Assembly: GCA_032128375.1 (NCBI GenBank)
Contig: JAQBGU010000213.1
Coordinates: forward strand, 1 to 42,420
Origin: Deltaproteobacteria bacterium
Lineage (GTDB): Bacteria; Myxococcota_A; UBA9160; SMWR01
Direction: 5' to 3'
Length of the DNA stretch: 42,420 nucleotides
The notes under the pieces were generated by a model that saw nothing but the letters and a program-made list of their open reading frames with translations, was not told the origin of the DNA and ran no database searches. Below, one piece after another: positions 17,604-27,521 of this stretch. The number at the start of each line of letters is the position of its first letter. Positions within the stretch are counted from its first letter, which is position 1. Position numbers and translations under genes: made by a program.

Positions 17604-19058
17604 GTGCGCTGCCACCGCATAGTTGCTCTTGTGTTGTCCGGACTCGGGCTGGCGTGCTCTCCGCCCAAGCGGGATATGGCCGACGTGTTGCTGATCACCG
17701 TCGATACACTCCGGCCCGACTATCTGAGCATGAACGGCTACGACCGGGCCACCACGCCCAAGCTCGATCGGATTCTGGCCGACGGCCTGTACTTCGATCA
17801 CGCAACTACGCCAATCGCCCGAACCACGCCCGCACTCGCCTCGCTGCTGACTGGCGCATACCCGCACAACACGGGTCTCCGGACCCTGACCGGCACCCTC
17901 GCATCCAACGTCACGACTCTGACAGAAATCCTGCGCGGCGACGGCTACCAGACGCTGGCCGTCGTCAGCAATCAAGTCCTGGTTCGATCGCGGGGGCTGG
18001 CGCGCGGCTTCGACACCTACGACATGGCCGCAGACGATCGCGACGCACGGGCCACGACCCGCACCTGCATCGAGCAGTTCCAGATGCTCGACCCGCGCGA
18101 TCCGACGTTTGTCTGGGTGCACTACATCGACCCACACGTGCCGTATCATTCCGAGCCGGCGATCGCGGCCAGAATGGACCCCGGTTATACGGGCCCGTAT
18201 CGATTCCACTTCGGGTGGATGCGCCAACCCGGCGAACCTCGAAACAGGCACAAGCCGTTTCCCGAGGAACTGCCCAAGCGAATCGCGTCGCATCGCAACC
18301 CGCTCTCGGACGAAGTAAACGCTCACATCCGAAGACTCTACGCGGCCGACATCCGAGCGCTCGATAGCGAGATCGACCGACTCGTCGGCGCCGCACGAAA
18401 GCATTTCGGCGATGATCTCATCATCGTTTTCACGGCCGACCATGGCGAAAGCCTCGGAGAGCACGACTTCTACTACGACCATGGCGACTACGTCTACAAC
18501 GCGGCCACGCGCGTTCCGCTCGCGATCCTGCTACCCAGGAGCCATCCGCTTCACGCGACCGGACGCTGCCAGGGCTGGGTCTCGCTGACCGATGTTGCCC
18601 CAACGCTACTCGAGATACTCGGCATTGACGCAACCGAGCTCGGACCCCAGCTCGAAGGAAGGTCGCTAGCCTCGTGCCTGAGAGGCGAAGGCCTCGCGGA
18701 AGTCCCGATCTACTCCGAGAGCGGCCATTCCTATTTCCCCGACCTGATTCGGGGCCGCACCGCGAACACACTGGCCGATCGGTTCCGCTCTGTGACGTTA
18801 GGCGATTGGAAGCTCATCTGGAGCCCATCCGCGGCAGAGTCGGATGCCTGGCAGCTATTTGATCTGCGCGACGACCCCAATGAGACCCGCAACCTGTTCC
18901 GGATTGGACACCCAAAAGCGTCGGAACTTCGTCCCCATTTGGATACCTGGCTTACAAGAGAATCGGCAGGCAATACGCAAGAAACCCTCAGCGACGAAGA
19001 CCATCGTGCGCTCGTCGAACTCGGCTACATCGAATCAAACTCACCCACGAGCGAGTAG
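17604..19058 (+). CDS. Sulfatase-like lipoprotein (alkaline phosphatase superfamily), non-canonical active site
   Basis: Lipobox LGLAC; DVLLITVDTLRPD, WVHYIDPHVPY, FTADHGESLGEH, RVPL, LFDLRDDPNE, LVELGY. The nucleophile segment reads RTTPALASLLTG. Confidence 0.9.
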   Translation: MRCHRIVALVLSGLGLACSPPKRDMADVLLITVDTLRPDYLSMNGYDRATTPKLDRILADGLYFDHATTPIARTTPALASLLTGAYPHNTGLRTLTGTLASNVTTLTEILRGDGYQTLAVVSNQVLVRSRGLARGFDTYDMAADDRDARATTRTCIEQFQMLDPRDPTFVWVHYIDPHVPYHSEPAIAARMDPGYTGPYRFHFGWMRQPGEPRNRHKPFPEELPKRIASHRNPLSDEVNAHIRRLYAADIRALDSEIDRLVGAARKHFGDDLIIVFTADHGESLGEHDFYYDHGDYVYNAATRVPLAILLPRSHPLHATGRCQGWVSLTDVAPTLLEILGIDATELGPQLEGRSLASCLRGEGLAEVPIYSESGHSYFPDLIRGRTANTLADRFRSVTLGDWKLIWSPSAAESDAWQLFDLRDDPNETRNLFRIGHPKASELRPHLDTWLTRESAGNTQETLSDEDHRALVELGYIESNSPTSE

Positions 19059-19225
19059 CCAGGCGGCAAGTCGCGGCCCAAACCCGGCGTGACCGAAGCT
19101 CCTGAACCGACCGGACCTCCAGTTCTGGCTTGTCGACATGCGTCGACATTTTCGCTTCCTTTCTGATTCCATCATCCCGCATAATGGAGACTCGATACCA
19201 CTGCACCAGTTGATGAGTTGGATTC

Positions 19226-20080
19226 ATGTTGGCTGCTCTTGTGAACCGGATGATATCGAAGTGGACCGTCGGCCTGATGGCCTGCTCAGTTCTCTGCAGT
19301 GCCGGCTCCAGCCATGCCGAATGCGTTGAGTGGCCCGACCCGACCCAGATGGCTGCTTCGCTCTCGGGGTATTGGGAAGTCGAATACGACTTGACCGGCT
19401 CAGAACTCGAGACACGCAACACGCCACTCGGCGCAGCAGACACAACCCAGCTGGTTGGCCCGGGCACGCTGACGATCCGCTTCGAGTCCGACGGTTCCGG
19501 TTCGGGCGGGAGTATCCTCGAAGGCGGCGGTGCACAGATCGTCCAGTTGGATTTGATGCAGCAGTTCAGCATCAGAGCGGCGGTCCTCGGGCTCCGGGCC
19601 GACGTCACCACTCGGCTCAGGTCGGCCATTCCGGACAATCGATGGGATGGAAATCCGGCCGGATGCGTCTCGCTGGGCTCGAGCCGCGGAACGATCAACG
19701 ACAACACGATGACTGTCTCCGCCCCCGGCATGCGCAGCTACCACACGCTCGGATCCCTGCTCTGCGAGGGGAGCGGCTGTAGATTGGGGCGCCTTCGATC
19801 GGGTGTGCAAACGAGGATCGATGACGATCGCGACGTCATCGAGCTCCGCGCGCTGTACTTCGAACTGGGTGGCCCGCTTCAAGGGGCCAGGTTCGTGAGC
19901 AACGAGATCGCGCTGCCACTCACCCCACGAGCCGACCCGTACCTGAGGCTGCTCGGACGGGAGCTGCATCGGGTCTTCGTTCCGCCTGCCGGCACAGCGA
20001 CTGCGATTGCCGCCCGATCATGCTATTCGGTACTCGAATGCGAGTTCGGGCCAGTGGAGGCGTTCGCGGAGGAACAGTAG
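19226..20080 (+). CDS. Hypothetical secreted protein
   Basis: 284-aa ORF filling the gap, with a signal peptide (SHA|EC), beta-rich sequence and several Cys. No family recognised. The start may be ATG 19250. Confidence 0.65.
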   Translation: MLAALVNRMISKWTVGLMACSVLCSAGSSHAECVEWPDPTQMAASLSGYWEVEYDLTGSELETRNTPLGAADTTQLVGPGTLTIRFESDGSGSGGSILEGGGAQIVQLDLMQQFSIRAAVLGLRADVTTRLRSAIPDNRWDGNPAGCVSLGSSRGTINDNTMTVSAPGMRSYHTLGSLLCEGSGCRLGRLRSGVQTRIDDDRDVIELRALYFELGGPLQGARFVSNEIALPLTPRADPYLRLLGRELHRVFVPPAGTATAIAARSCYSVLECEFGPVEAFAEEQ

Positions 20081-20135
20081 CGGTGGGCGAATCCTGACCG
20101 CAGTGCAGACGCAGCAAGCCGAGCACCACAATGCG

Positions 20136-22157
20136 ATGCGAGCTGTCCACCTCTTTGCGCTGTGCGGTTTCGCCATCGCGCAGCCGCTGCTCGAGCTGCT
20201 GGCCCGCTATGCGGAGCTCTTCGTCGCGCGCCGGTCAGAACCAATCGACATCATCGGCGCGGTCTGTGTGTTGGTGTTCGCTCCGCCACTGGCGCTGTGG
20301 TCGCTCGGGCTGATCGCAACTCGGATCTCGCGTCGGCTCGGTCGCGGCGTTCATCTCGCGATTTGCGGCCTGCTGGTGTCGATCGTGACGCTGCCATTTG
20401 CGAACCGCTGGTCTACTTCAACCGGCGCTTCGTTCGCGATCGCGGCCGCTGCTGGAATCGGCTGGATGTTGGTCTATTCGCGAATGGAAATCGCGCGGAG
20501 ACTGATGACGGTGCTGGCGGCCGCGCCGCCCGTGTTCGTGGGCGTGTTCGTGATGCAGAGTCCGATCCAGACGCTTCTGTTCAGTGGCGCGGCCGAAGCG
20601 GTCCAGTCGATTACACCGGATGCTCCGGCGCCGATCACACTGGTGATATTCGACGAACTCCCGCTGCACTCACTGCTCGACGAGACGGGAGCGATCGACG
20701 CCGTCGCCTACCCGAACTTCGAGCGGCTGGCAGCGACTTCCACTTGGTTTCGCAATGCGACCACAGTCGAGTCGCGAACACTGCAAGCGATCCCAGCAAT
20801 CTTGTCCGGCCGCTATCCCTCTGCCGACCGGCGCCTGCCGATTGCTTCCCAGCACCCGACTACGTTGTTCAGCCTGCTGGCCAACGATTACGTATTGAGA
20901 GTCTACGAACCGCTCACGAGTCTGCATGACGGGGGGAGCGGGAATGCCCCGTTCGTCGAGCGCTTTGGCGGCCTGTTGCGCGACGTTGGACTCATCTATG
21001 CACACACTCTCGTGCCGACCGAGTGGGCGAACGAGCTGGCATCGGTTCGGGAGGATTGGCGTGACTTCGCCGCCAGCCGAACGGATGGCCACGAGCCCAA
21101 GCGTGGACTGCGCGGCCGACCGACACTCTTTCGGAACTTCGTCCGATCGATTCGCGCCACTCCCCTCCCGAGTTTGAATTTCATTCACACGGTATTGCCA
21201 CATGGCCCGTGGCAGTACATGGCGTCGGGGCGCTCGTTTTACCCGTATTCCAATGTCGGGCGCTTTCTCGGCTACTGGTCCGACAACGAGCACTTCATCG
21301 CCGATGCGCACTGGCGGCACCTCCAGCAGGTCGAACTCGTCGACCTGCTGCTCGGCGAACTGCTCGACCATCTGCGCGCAATCGGGGAGTTCGATCGCTC
21401 GCTTGTCGTGGTTGTCGCTGATCACGGTGCGAGTTTCTGGGCCAGAGATCACTACCGGAACTTCGAGTCGGGTCAGCACCCGGCCGACATCTTGAGCGTT
21501 CCGTTGTTCATCAAGCGCCCCCATCAGACGGTCGCCGCGGTCGAACGATCCAGCGTCGAGACCATCGACATACTGCCCAGCATCCTCGATATCATCGACG
21601 CCCCCGTTCCCGACGGGCTCGACGGCTGCTCGCTATTCGAACCGACCTGCCCGAAGCGGCACGAGAAGCTCGCATTCAGCGCAGGTGGCGGTGGGACGCT
21701 GGTTCAGCACCACCTCCCGGCCGACCTTGGACTCGACAACGCCGGTCTCCACCAGAAGATCGCTCGGTTCGGCACGGGGAGTGGGCGCAGCGCGCACCGA
21801 GCGAGCCCCTATTCCGAATGGATTGGTCGCACGGTCAGCGACTGGGATATCGACGCTCGGTCGGCCGGGACTGTGCAGCTCGAATCGGCTCGCAGGACCT
21901 GGCAGTTGGGTAGGCGCGAATCCCTGGTGCCGGCACGTGTGATGGGAAAGCTGCGGCTCTCGACGCAACCGAGCGGGCCGGTTCACGTCGCCATTGCGAC
22001 GGGAGGGTTGATCCGTGCAGTGATTCCGGCGCCGTCGGACGGCGACGCCTACCAAATCGTCACCGTGTTGCCTGAATCGGCTCTCACGGAAGCGGATCCC
22101 ATCGATCTGTACGTCGTGACCGGGCCGCGATCTCTTGCGCGTCTCAGCATCCGCTAG
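20136..22157 (+). CDS. Membrane-anchored sulfatase/LTA-synthase-like hydrolase or transferase
   Basis: About 5 N-terminal TMs, then LVIFDELP, RTLQAIPAILSG, HTVLPHGPW, VVADHG and VETIDILPSILD. Start is ATG 20136 or GTG 20103. Confidence 0.85.
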   Translation: MRAVHLFALCGFAIAQPLLELLARYAELFVARRSEPIDIIGAVCVLVFAPPLALWSLGLIATRISRRLGRGVHLAICGLLVSIVTLPFANRWSTSTGASFAIAAAAGIGWMLVYSRMEIARRLMTVLAAAPPVFVGVFVMQSPIQTLLFSGAAEAVQSITPDAPAPITLVIFDELPLHSLLDETGAIDAVAYPNFERLAATSTWFRNATTVESRTLQAIPAILSGRYPSADRRLPIASQHPTTLFSLLANDYVLRVYEPLTSLHDGGSGNAPFVERFGGLLRDVGLIYAHTLVPTEWANELASVREDWRDFAASRTDGHEPKRGLRGRPTLFRNFVRSIRATPLPSLNFIHTVLPHGPWQYMASGRSFYPYSNVGRFLGYWSDNEHFIADAHWRHLQQVELVDLLLGELLDHLRAIGEFDRSLVVVVADHGASFWARDHYRNFESGQHPADILSVPLFIKRPHQTVAAVERSSVETIDILPSILDIIDAPVPDGLDGCSLFEPTCPKRHEKLAFSAGGGGTLVQHHLPADLGLDNAGLHQKIARFGTGSGRSAHRASPYSEWIGRTVSDWDIDARSAGTVQLESARRTWQLGRRESLVPARVMGKLRLSTQPSGPVHVAIATGGLIRAVIPAPSDGDAYQIVTVLPESALTEADPIDLYVVTGPRSLARLSIR

Positions 22158-22977
22158 CGCGACCGTCGAGCAGGCGGAAGCAGTGGTGAAGCGCTACTCC
22201 CGATGCGGTCGCGATGTTGAGCGAATCGACGCCCCCGGTCATCGGAATGCGGATCCTCCGGTCGGCTGCAGCGGCGGTCGCAGGCCGTAGGCCGTCGCCT
22301 TCCGCGCCAAAGAGCAGAACGAAGCGCGCATCAGAACGATCCGTGTGCTGCCACTCAGCCAGGTCGGAGGCGTCGCGCGAAGTCGAGAAGGCCAGCGACG
22401 TCAAACCTGCCTGATCGAGCGAGGCCAGCGCATCGGGCCAGTGTCCGATCCGCGCAAACGGCGTCCGCAGCGTGCCGCCCATCGAAACGCGAATCGCTTT
22501 GCGGTAGAGCGGGTCGGCACAATCAGCGGACAAGAGCACAGCATCGGCTCCGAATGCGGCTGCGTTGCGAAACACGTTGCCGACGTTCTCGGGGTTCGCG
22601 ACCCCTTCGAGCCCCACGATCAGCCGGGGTTCGAGCGCCAGCAGCGAAGCGAGGTTCGGCTCCACGCCACGCTCAGCCGCCGCGATACAGCCGCGATGCA
22701 TGCTGAAGCCGACCACGCGCCTCATCAGGTCCGCGCTGGCGAGATAGATCGGAAACCCGAGATCATCCGAAGCCAGCACGTCGGCCAGCGCATCCAACGC
22801 AACCCGGGTCACAAAGACGGACCTCACGCGATGTCGACCCAGCTCCAGTAGTCGTCGAACGCACAACCGGCTCTCCACCAGGAACACACCCTGAACATCG
22901 CGCAGGCCCGCGTCCTTCATGTCGCGGTAGACCGCGACCCGCTTGTCGTCGAGGTCGTCGATGGTCTCGATGCCCAC
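22144..22977 (-). CDS. TrmH/SpoU-family RNA 2'-O-methyltransferase
   Basis: SPOUT motifs NPENVGNVFRNAAAFG, RKAIRVSMG, FGAEGDGL and IPMTGGVDSLNIATA. Confidence 0.93.
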   Translation of the reverse strand: MGIETIDDLDDKRVAVYRDMKDAGLRDVQGVFLVESRLCVRRLLELGRHRVRSVFVTRVALDALADVLASDDLGFPIYLASADLMRRVVGFSMHRGCIAAAERGVEPNLASLLALEPRLIVGLEGVANPENVGNVFRNAAAFGADAVLLSADCADPLYRKAIRVSMGGTLRTPFARIGHWPDALASLDQAGLTSLAFSTSRDASDLAEWQHTDRSDARFVLLFGAEGDGLRPATAAAADRRIRIPMTGGVDSLNIATASGVALHHCFRLLDGRASGC

Positions 22978-23125
22978 ACCAGATGGCTAGACGACGCCTC
23001 GCGCTCTCGCAACCCGCCGCTCGCCTTTTGGCGTGCACCGCGCACGCGCCATTTCGGGACAACCGGATCGGCACGCGCTTCGGCCCGAGATTCACTGCCA
23101 CTTCCGCTGTCCGACTTTCGACGGA

Positions 23126-24202
23126 TCAGGTCAGATTGCGCGGCCCCCGCAGCCGCTGGGCCAATCGCTGGTGTTTTGGATAGGGCGGTGTACCGGTGCC
23201 CGCCGGGTTGCGCATCGCCGCCCGACCGGCCGGCGCGTAGCGTTGTTTGAGCGCGGCAACCCGACGCAGCGGCTCGGCCAGGCGTTCGGCGGGCTCGCGT
23301 TCCAGCTGGGCCAACACCCGGTCTCGCAGCACGGCGTCCTTGCACACCAAGAACGCATCCACCTGTGACTCGAGCGCGCCAGAGACCCGCTCCTCGGGCG
23401 CATATCGGTCCGCAACCGCTTTCATTTCCAAGTCATCGGAGAACACGACGCCGTCATAACCGAGTTCTTCGCGGCAGATCGCCATGATCGGTGGCGAAAG
23501 CGTCGCTGGCCGGTCCCCGTCCAACGCGGGAAACGAGACATGTGCAGTCATCAGGCTGGCGACACCGGCCTCGATGGCCGCTCGAAATGGCGGTAGCTCG
23601 ACCCGGCGCAGACGCTCGAGATCGTGGTCGAGCCGTGGCAGTTCGAAATGACTGTCACTTGCCGTATCGCCGTGTCCCGGGAAGTGCTTCGCACAGGCCG
23701 CAACACCTGCGAGTTGCATGGCCGCGACGAAGTGGCGAGCGTGTTCCGCGACCCGAGCCACATCGTGCGAGAAGCTTCGATCTCCGATCACCGGATTGTC
23801 CGGATTGGTATCGACATCGACACACGGCGCGAAGTCCAACGCAATTCCCACATCGAGCAGTTCTCGCGCCAACGCGGCGGCCACTTCGCCCGTCAAGCCG
23901 AGATCATCGAGTTCGCCGGCCCGCCGCATAGGGGGCCACAGCGTCCAAGGTTCTTGTAACCTCTGAACACGCCCTCCCTCCTGATCGATACCGATCAACA
24001 CTGGCGCACGAGCGGGCGCAGCATCGTGAATGCACGCGTTGAGTTTCCGCAATTGCTCGAGCCCCGCGATATTGCGAGAGAACAGAATCACGCCTCCCAC
24101 GCGACCGGCGGCGATCAAGCCTGCGAGGTCATCGGGCAGCGTCGTTCCTTCGAAACCGCAGAACAAGAGCTGGCCTGGTTGGCGATGCATCGAGAAGGGC
24201 AT
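23126..24202 (-). CDS. nagZ: Beta-N-acetylhexosaminidase (GH3)
   Basis: GGVILFSRN, IDQEGGRVQR, VIGDRSF, KHFPGHG-x4-DSH and SDDLEMKA. The start may be ATG 24190. Confidence 0.94.
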   Translation of the reverse strand: MPFSMHRQPGQLLFCGFEGTTLPDDLAGLIAAGRVGGVILFSRNIAGLEQLRKLNACIHDAAPARAPVLIGIDQEGGRVQRLQEPWTLWPPMRRAGELDDLGLTGEVAAALARELLDVGIALDFAPCVDVDTNPDNPVIGDRSFSHDVARVAEHARHFVAAMQLAGVAACAKHFPGHGDTASDSHFELPRLDHDLERLRRVELPPFRAAIEAGVASLMTAHVSFPALDGDRPATLSPPIMAICREELGYDGVVFSDDLEMKAVADRYAPEERVSGALESQVDAFLVCKDAVLRDRVLAQLEREPAERLAEPLRRVAALKQRYAPAGRAAMRNPAGTGTPPYPKHQRLAQRLRGPRNLT

Positions 24203-24260
24203 CTCGGAAAGATACCCGGCGCTGGAGTTCGACGCCTCGATCCGCTAATTCACTTTGGAT

Positions 24261-24983
24261 ATGAGAATTCTTTCCAGTGCAGCCCTGATGCGCCTCGCGA
24301 TCATTCGAGTCGTTCGGGTCGTTCCGATAGCCGCGATCGCTGCGATAGCCGGGATCATCGCGATCGCCCCGATCTCGAATGGCAGTACACCGGACAAGGT
24401 TGGAGCGCTCGAGGAGTCGGCAACCGGCTATCTCAATGAGGCACTCGCAGAGTTGCTGGCGGTCCTCTCCGACACTTCGGCGAGCCAGGCGAAGCAGCTG
24501 ATGGCCGTGGAGAACATCGTCCGCAAACGGCTCGACTACGGAGAGTTCTCCCGCTTCGCACTGTCTCACTGGAAGAGCCCATTTTCGGAGGAGCAGCGCA
24601 GTCGATACGAGTGCGAGTTCGACGCCTACCTTTCGAACTACATCGGCTCGAGGCTCGTGCGCTACCACCAGGAGCAAGTCAACGTATTCAGAGCCAACGC
24701 GCTGTCAAACGGAGATGTCATCCTGAGCACCCGAATCTCCGGTGGCCAGTACGACCAGGCGGTCGTCACGTTTCTGATGCGCAAGTCCAACCCTGCACCC
24801 AATACGAAGTCTGGCGAATGGCGCGCAATCGATGTCGCATTCGAAGGAACCAAGGTCCGCAAACTCCTGCAAGCACAATTCCAGTCGGTTCTCGAACAAG
24901 GCGGCCCCGACGAGTTGATCGCGATGCTGAACGAGAAGACTGCGGGCCAGAGCCCGTGCGCGACACAGCAGCGAGCCGAGTAA
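24261..24983 (+). CDS. MlaC/Ttg2D/HpnM-like periplasmic lipid-binding protein
   Basis: Signal peptide, LDYGEFSRFALSHW, EEQRSRYECEF, WRAIDVAFEG, QFQSVLEQGGPDELIAML. Start is uncertain (24255, 24261 or 24288). Confidence 0.85.
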   Translation: MRILSSAALMRLAIIRVVRVVPIAAIAAIAGIIAIAPISNGSTPDKVGALEESATGYLNEALAELLAVLSDTSASQAKQLMAVENIVRKRLDYGEFSRFALSHWKSPFSEEQRSRYECEFDAYLSNYIGSRLVRYHQEQVNVFRANALSNGDVILSTRISGGQYDQAVVTFLMRKSNPAPNTKSGEWRAIDVAFEGTKVRKLLQAQFQSVLEQGGPDELIAMLNEKTAGQSPCATQQRAE

Positions 24984-25006
24984 TCTGGGCCCGCCCCTCG
25001 ATAGGA

Positions 25007-25029
25007 GCCCGACCCAAAATGGGTTGGGC
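25007..25029. terminator. Hairpin between convergent mlaC-like and MMPL genes, possible bidirectional terminator
   Basis: GCCCGACCCA-AAA-TGGGTTGGGC forms a 10-bp stem with one G:U. No clear U-tract. Confidence 0.45.
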
Positions 25030-25037
25030 GAGGCTCA

Positions 25038-27521
25038 TCAATTGTTGGGTCGACTTTCCGCACCGAACGGCTTCCAGATCAAGATCAACTTCGGCAGTAA
25101 CGTCAATGCGGCCAGAAATGCGAACAGCATGGCTAGCCCGATCGATACACCGAAGTAGATGGTCGGCATGAAATTCGAAAGCACGAGAATCGAGAACCCG
25201 AAAATCACAGTCGTCGAGGTATAGAAGACGGCGCGGCCGATGCTGGCATGGCAGATGTGCAAGGTCTCGATGTAGTCACCACTTTTGGAGAACTCTTCTC
25301 GAAAGCGGTAGATGTAGTGAATGCCATTGTCGACCGCGATCCCGATCGTGATGGCCGCGATGGTTATGGTCATCATGTCGAGCGGGATACGGGCAAGGCC
25401 CAAGAAACCCAGCACGATCGCTGCGGCGAGCAGGTTGGGAACGATGCCGATGATGGCGAGCGGGACGGAGCGAAACAGGATCAGGAACATCGCCGCGATT
25501 CCGGTCATCACAGCACCCAGGCTGGAAATTTGCGATGCGAAAAGACTCTGCAGCATGTTGTTGTACAAGACCAGCGTACCGGCGACCGTTACTTCGTCAT
25601 CGCGCAGTTTCAGTTCGTCTCGGAGCCCCGCGTCGATGCGCTCGAGCAGTTCCTTTCTCCGCAACCCCTCCTCGGAGTCCCGGATCCGCAGCAGGATGCG
25701 CGCTTCGTTGTGCTCGATCGACACGTAAGGCTCGATCAGCGGACCTTTGATCTCCTTCGGGAGCTTTTTGTACAGCAGTGACAGCTCCAGGCCGTCGAAC
25801 GGCTCTCCGTCGTTGAGACCTTCAGCGACCCGGATGATGGATGCCAGTGACAGGACTTTGCCGATTTCGGGGATGCCTTCGAGATAGTCGTGGACCCGCT
25901 TGATCTTCTCGATCTTGGACGGGGTAAACCAGTACGCGGCGGGGTCTTCGTCTTCCTCGTCGTCCCACCCATCGATATCGAACTCGTCGTCGAACTCGTC
26001 AGCTTCGTCGGAGTTGGCGGTTTCGTCGAACTCCGTTGGCGAGTCGAAAGCAATCAGCACATCGAGCGGAGTCGTCCCGCCGAGTTTGTCGTCGATCAGC
26101 TTCATCCCCTGATAGATCTCGGTGTCCTGTCGAAAATAGTCGATGAAGCTGTTCTCGACTGTGAGTCGAGCGATGCCCACGCCGCTGAGAATTGCGAGTG
26201 CGACCGCACCGACCAGAATCGCGCCACCGTGGCGATCGGTCAGATTGGCCAAAAGGGCCGTGAGTCGCACTTCGTCTCGGCGTGTCCGCTCGGCCTTGGG
26301 TTCCAACAACACCAGGATCACCGGAAAAAGCGTGAACGATGTGGCAAACGCCACTCCCAGCCCGATGCTCATCATCCACCCAAAGTCCCGGACGGGTTTG
26401 ATTTCACTGAATACCAGCGAGCAGAACCCGATGATGGTCGTCAGCGCGGTATACAGACACGGGAGCGCCATCTTGCGGACCGTCATCGACACCAGTTGCA
26501 ACTGGCTTTCGCCGTTTCCTTCGGACAACAGCTGGTTGTAGCGGACCGCGAGGTGCATGTTGATCGAAATCGTGATGATCAGCATCAACGCCAAGAAGTT
26601 CGACGAGATCACGGTTACGTCCCAGCCGACCAGCCCGAGCACTCCGACCATGATCACGACCGCATAGAAGCAGCTGAATAGGGGCAGCACGACCCAGCGA
26701 ACCTGACGGAAGATCAACGTCAATACGAACACCAAAAAACCGAGGACGCACGAGCCGAAGACGACCAAATCCTTCTTGACAAATTTCACCATGTCGTCGG
26801 CGATCATCGGGAAGCCGCCCAGTTTCAAGTCCGCGTAGGGCTGGTAGCTGCGAAGTACCGATCGAACCAGTTCAATCGTGCGGTGATGCCGGTCGGCCAG
26901 GGCCTCGGAGGCCTCCTCGTAGGCGAGGGTTGTTTCGGCGAGCTCCGCGACCTGGTCGGGGGCCAGTTCCCCGGCGCTCCTTTGCATCAACAGCTCGTTT
27001 CGCATGGTCTGGAGTGCCGTGAAACGCTCGTCTGGTTTCAGATTGACCAGGATGGCGGTCGTCAGTTTGTCGCGACTGATGATCAGGTTCTTGAAAACCG
27101 GACTGTTCGTGAGCTCGTCGATAGCGCGCCGCCGGTCGACTGTCGGGCTTTCGAGCGTCTGAATATTGTCGATCATTTCCAGCAACGGAACATCGGAACT
27201 CGCAACCAATGGCACGTCGAGAATGCTCATCACGGAGTCGACCCCCGCGAGCCCGCTCAGTTCGTCTCGCAACTGCCTGAGTCGGCTCAGCGCCTCGTCT
27301 TCGAATAGGATTCCGTGGGGCGTGAACGTGACGATCAACGATTCTGCGGTCGCATAGCGCGCGCTGATCTGGCGCGTGAGCTGGAGGTCTGGATCGTCTT
27401 CGACCAATAGCGAATCTGCCGATGCATCGAGCTTGAAGTCGCGGGTGTGGTAGGAGAAGAACGCGAGGGCCCCAAACAACACAACAAGCGCCTTGCGGGG
27501 ATGACTGAGAAGCAGATTCAA
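25038..27521 (-). CDS. MMPL/RND-superfamily transporter (HpnN-like lipid exporter class)
   Basis: 827 aa with two RND repeats; PCLYTALTTIIGFCSL, IGIAVDNGIHYIYRF, GGTTPLDV. TTG start with AGGA RBS. Contains an acidic insertion. Confidence 0.92.
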   Translation of the reverse strand: MNLLLSHPRKALVVLFGALAFFSYHTRDFKLDASADSLLVEDDPDLQLTRQISARYATAESLIVTFTPHGILFEDEALSRLRQLRDELSGLAGVDSVMSILDVPLVASSDVPLLEMIDNIQTLESPTVDRRRAIDELTNSPVFKNLIISRDKLTTAILVNLKPDERFTALQTMRNELLMQRSAGELAPDQVAELAETTLAYEEASEALADRHHRTIELVRSVLRSYQPYADLKLGGFPMIADDMVKFVKKDLVVFGSCVLGFLVFVLTLIFRQVRWVVLPLFSCFYAVVIMVGVLGLVGWDVTVISSNFLALMLIITISINMHLAVRYNQLLSEGNGESQLQLVSMTVRKMALPCLYTALTTIIGFCSLVFSEIKPVRDFGWMMSIGLGVAFATSFTLFPVILVLLEPKAERTRRDEVRLTALLANLTDRHGGAILVGAVALAILSGVGIARLTVENSFIDYFRQDTEIYQGMKLIDDKLGGTTPLDVLIAFDSPTEFDETANSDEADEFDDEFDIDGWDDEEDEDPAAYWFTPSKIEKIKRVHDYLEGIPEIGKVLSLASIIRVAEGLNDGEPFDGLELSLLYKKLPKEIKGPLIEPYVSIEHNEARILLRIRDSEEGLRRKELLERIDAGLRDELKLRDDEVTVAGTLVLYNNMLQSLFASQISSLGAVMTGIAAMFLILFRSVPLAIIGIVPNLLAAAIVLGFLGLARIPLDMMTITIAAITIGIAVDNGIHYIYRFREEFSKSGDYIETLHICHASIGRAVFYTSTTVIFGFSILVLSNFMPTIYFGVSIGLAMLFAFLAALTLLPKLILIWKPFGAESRPNN

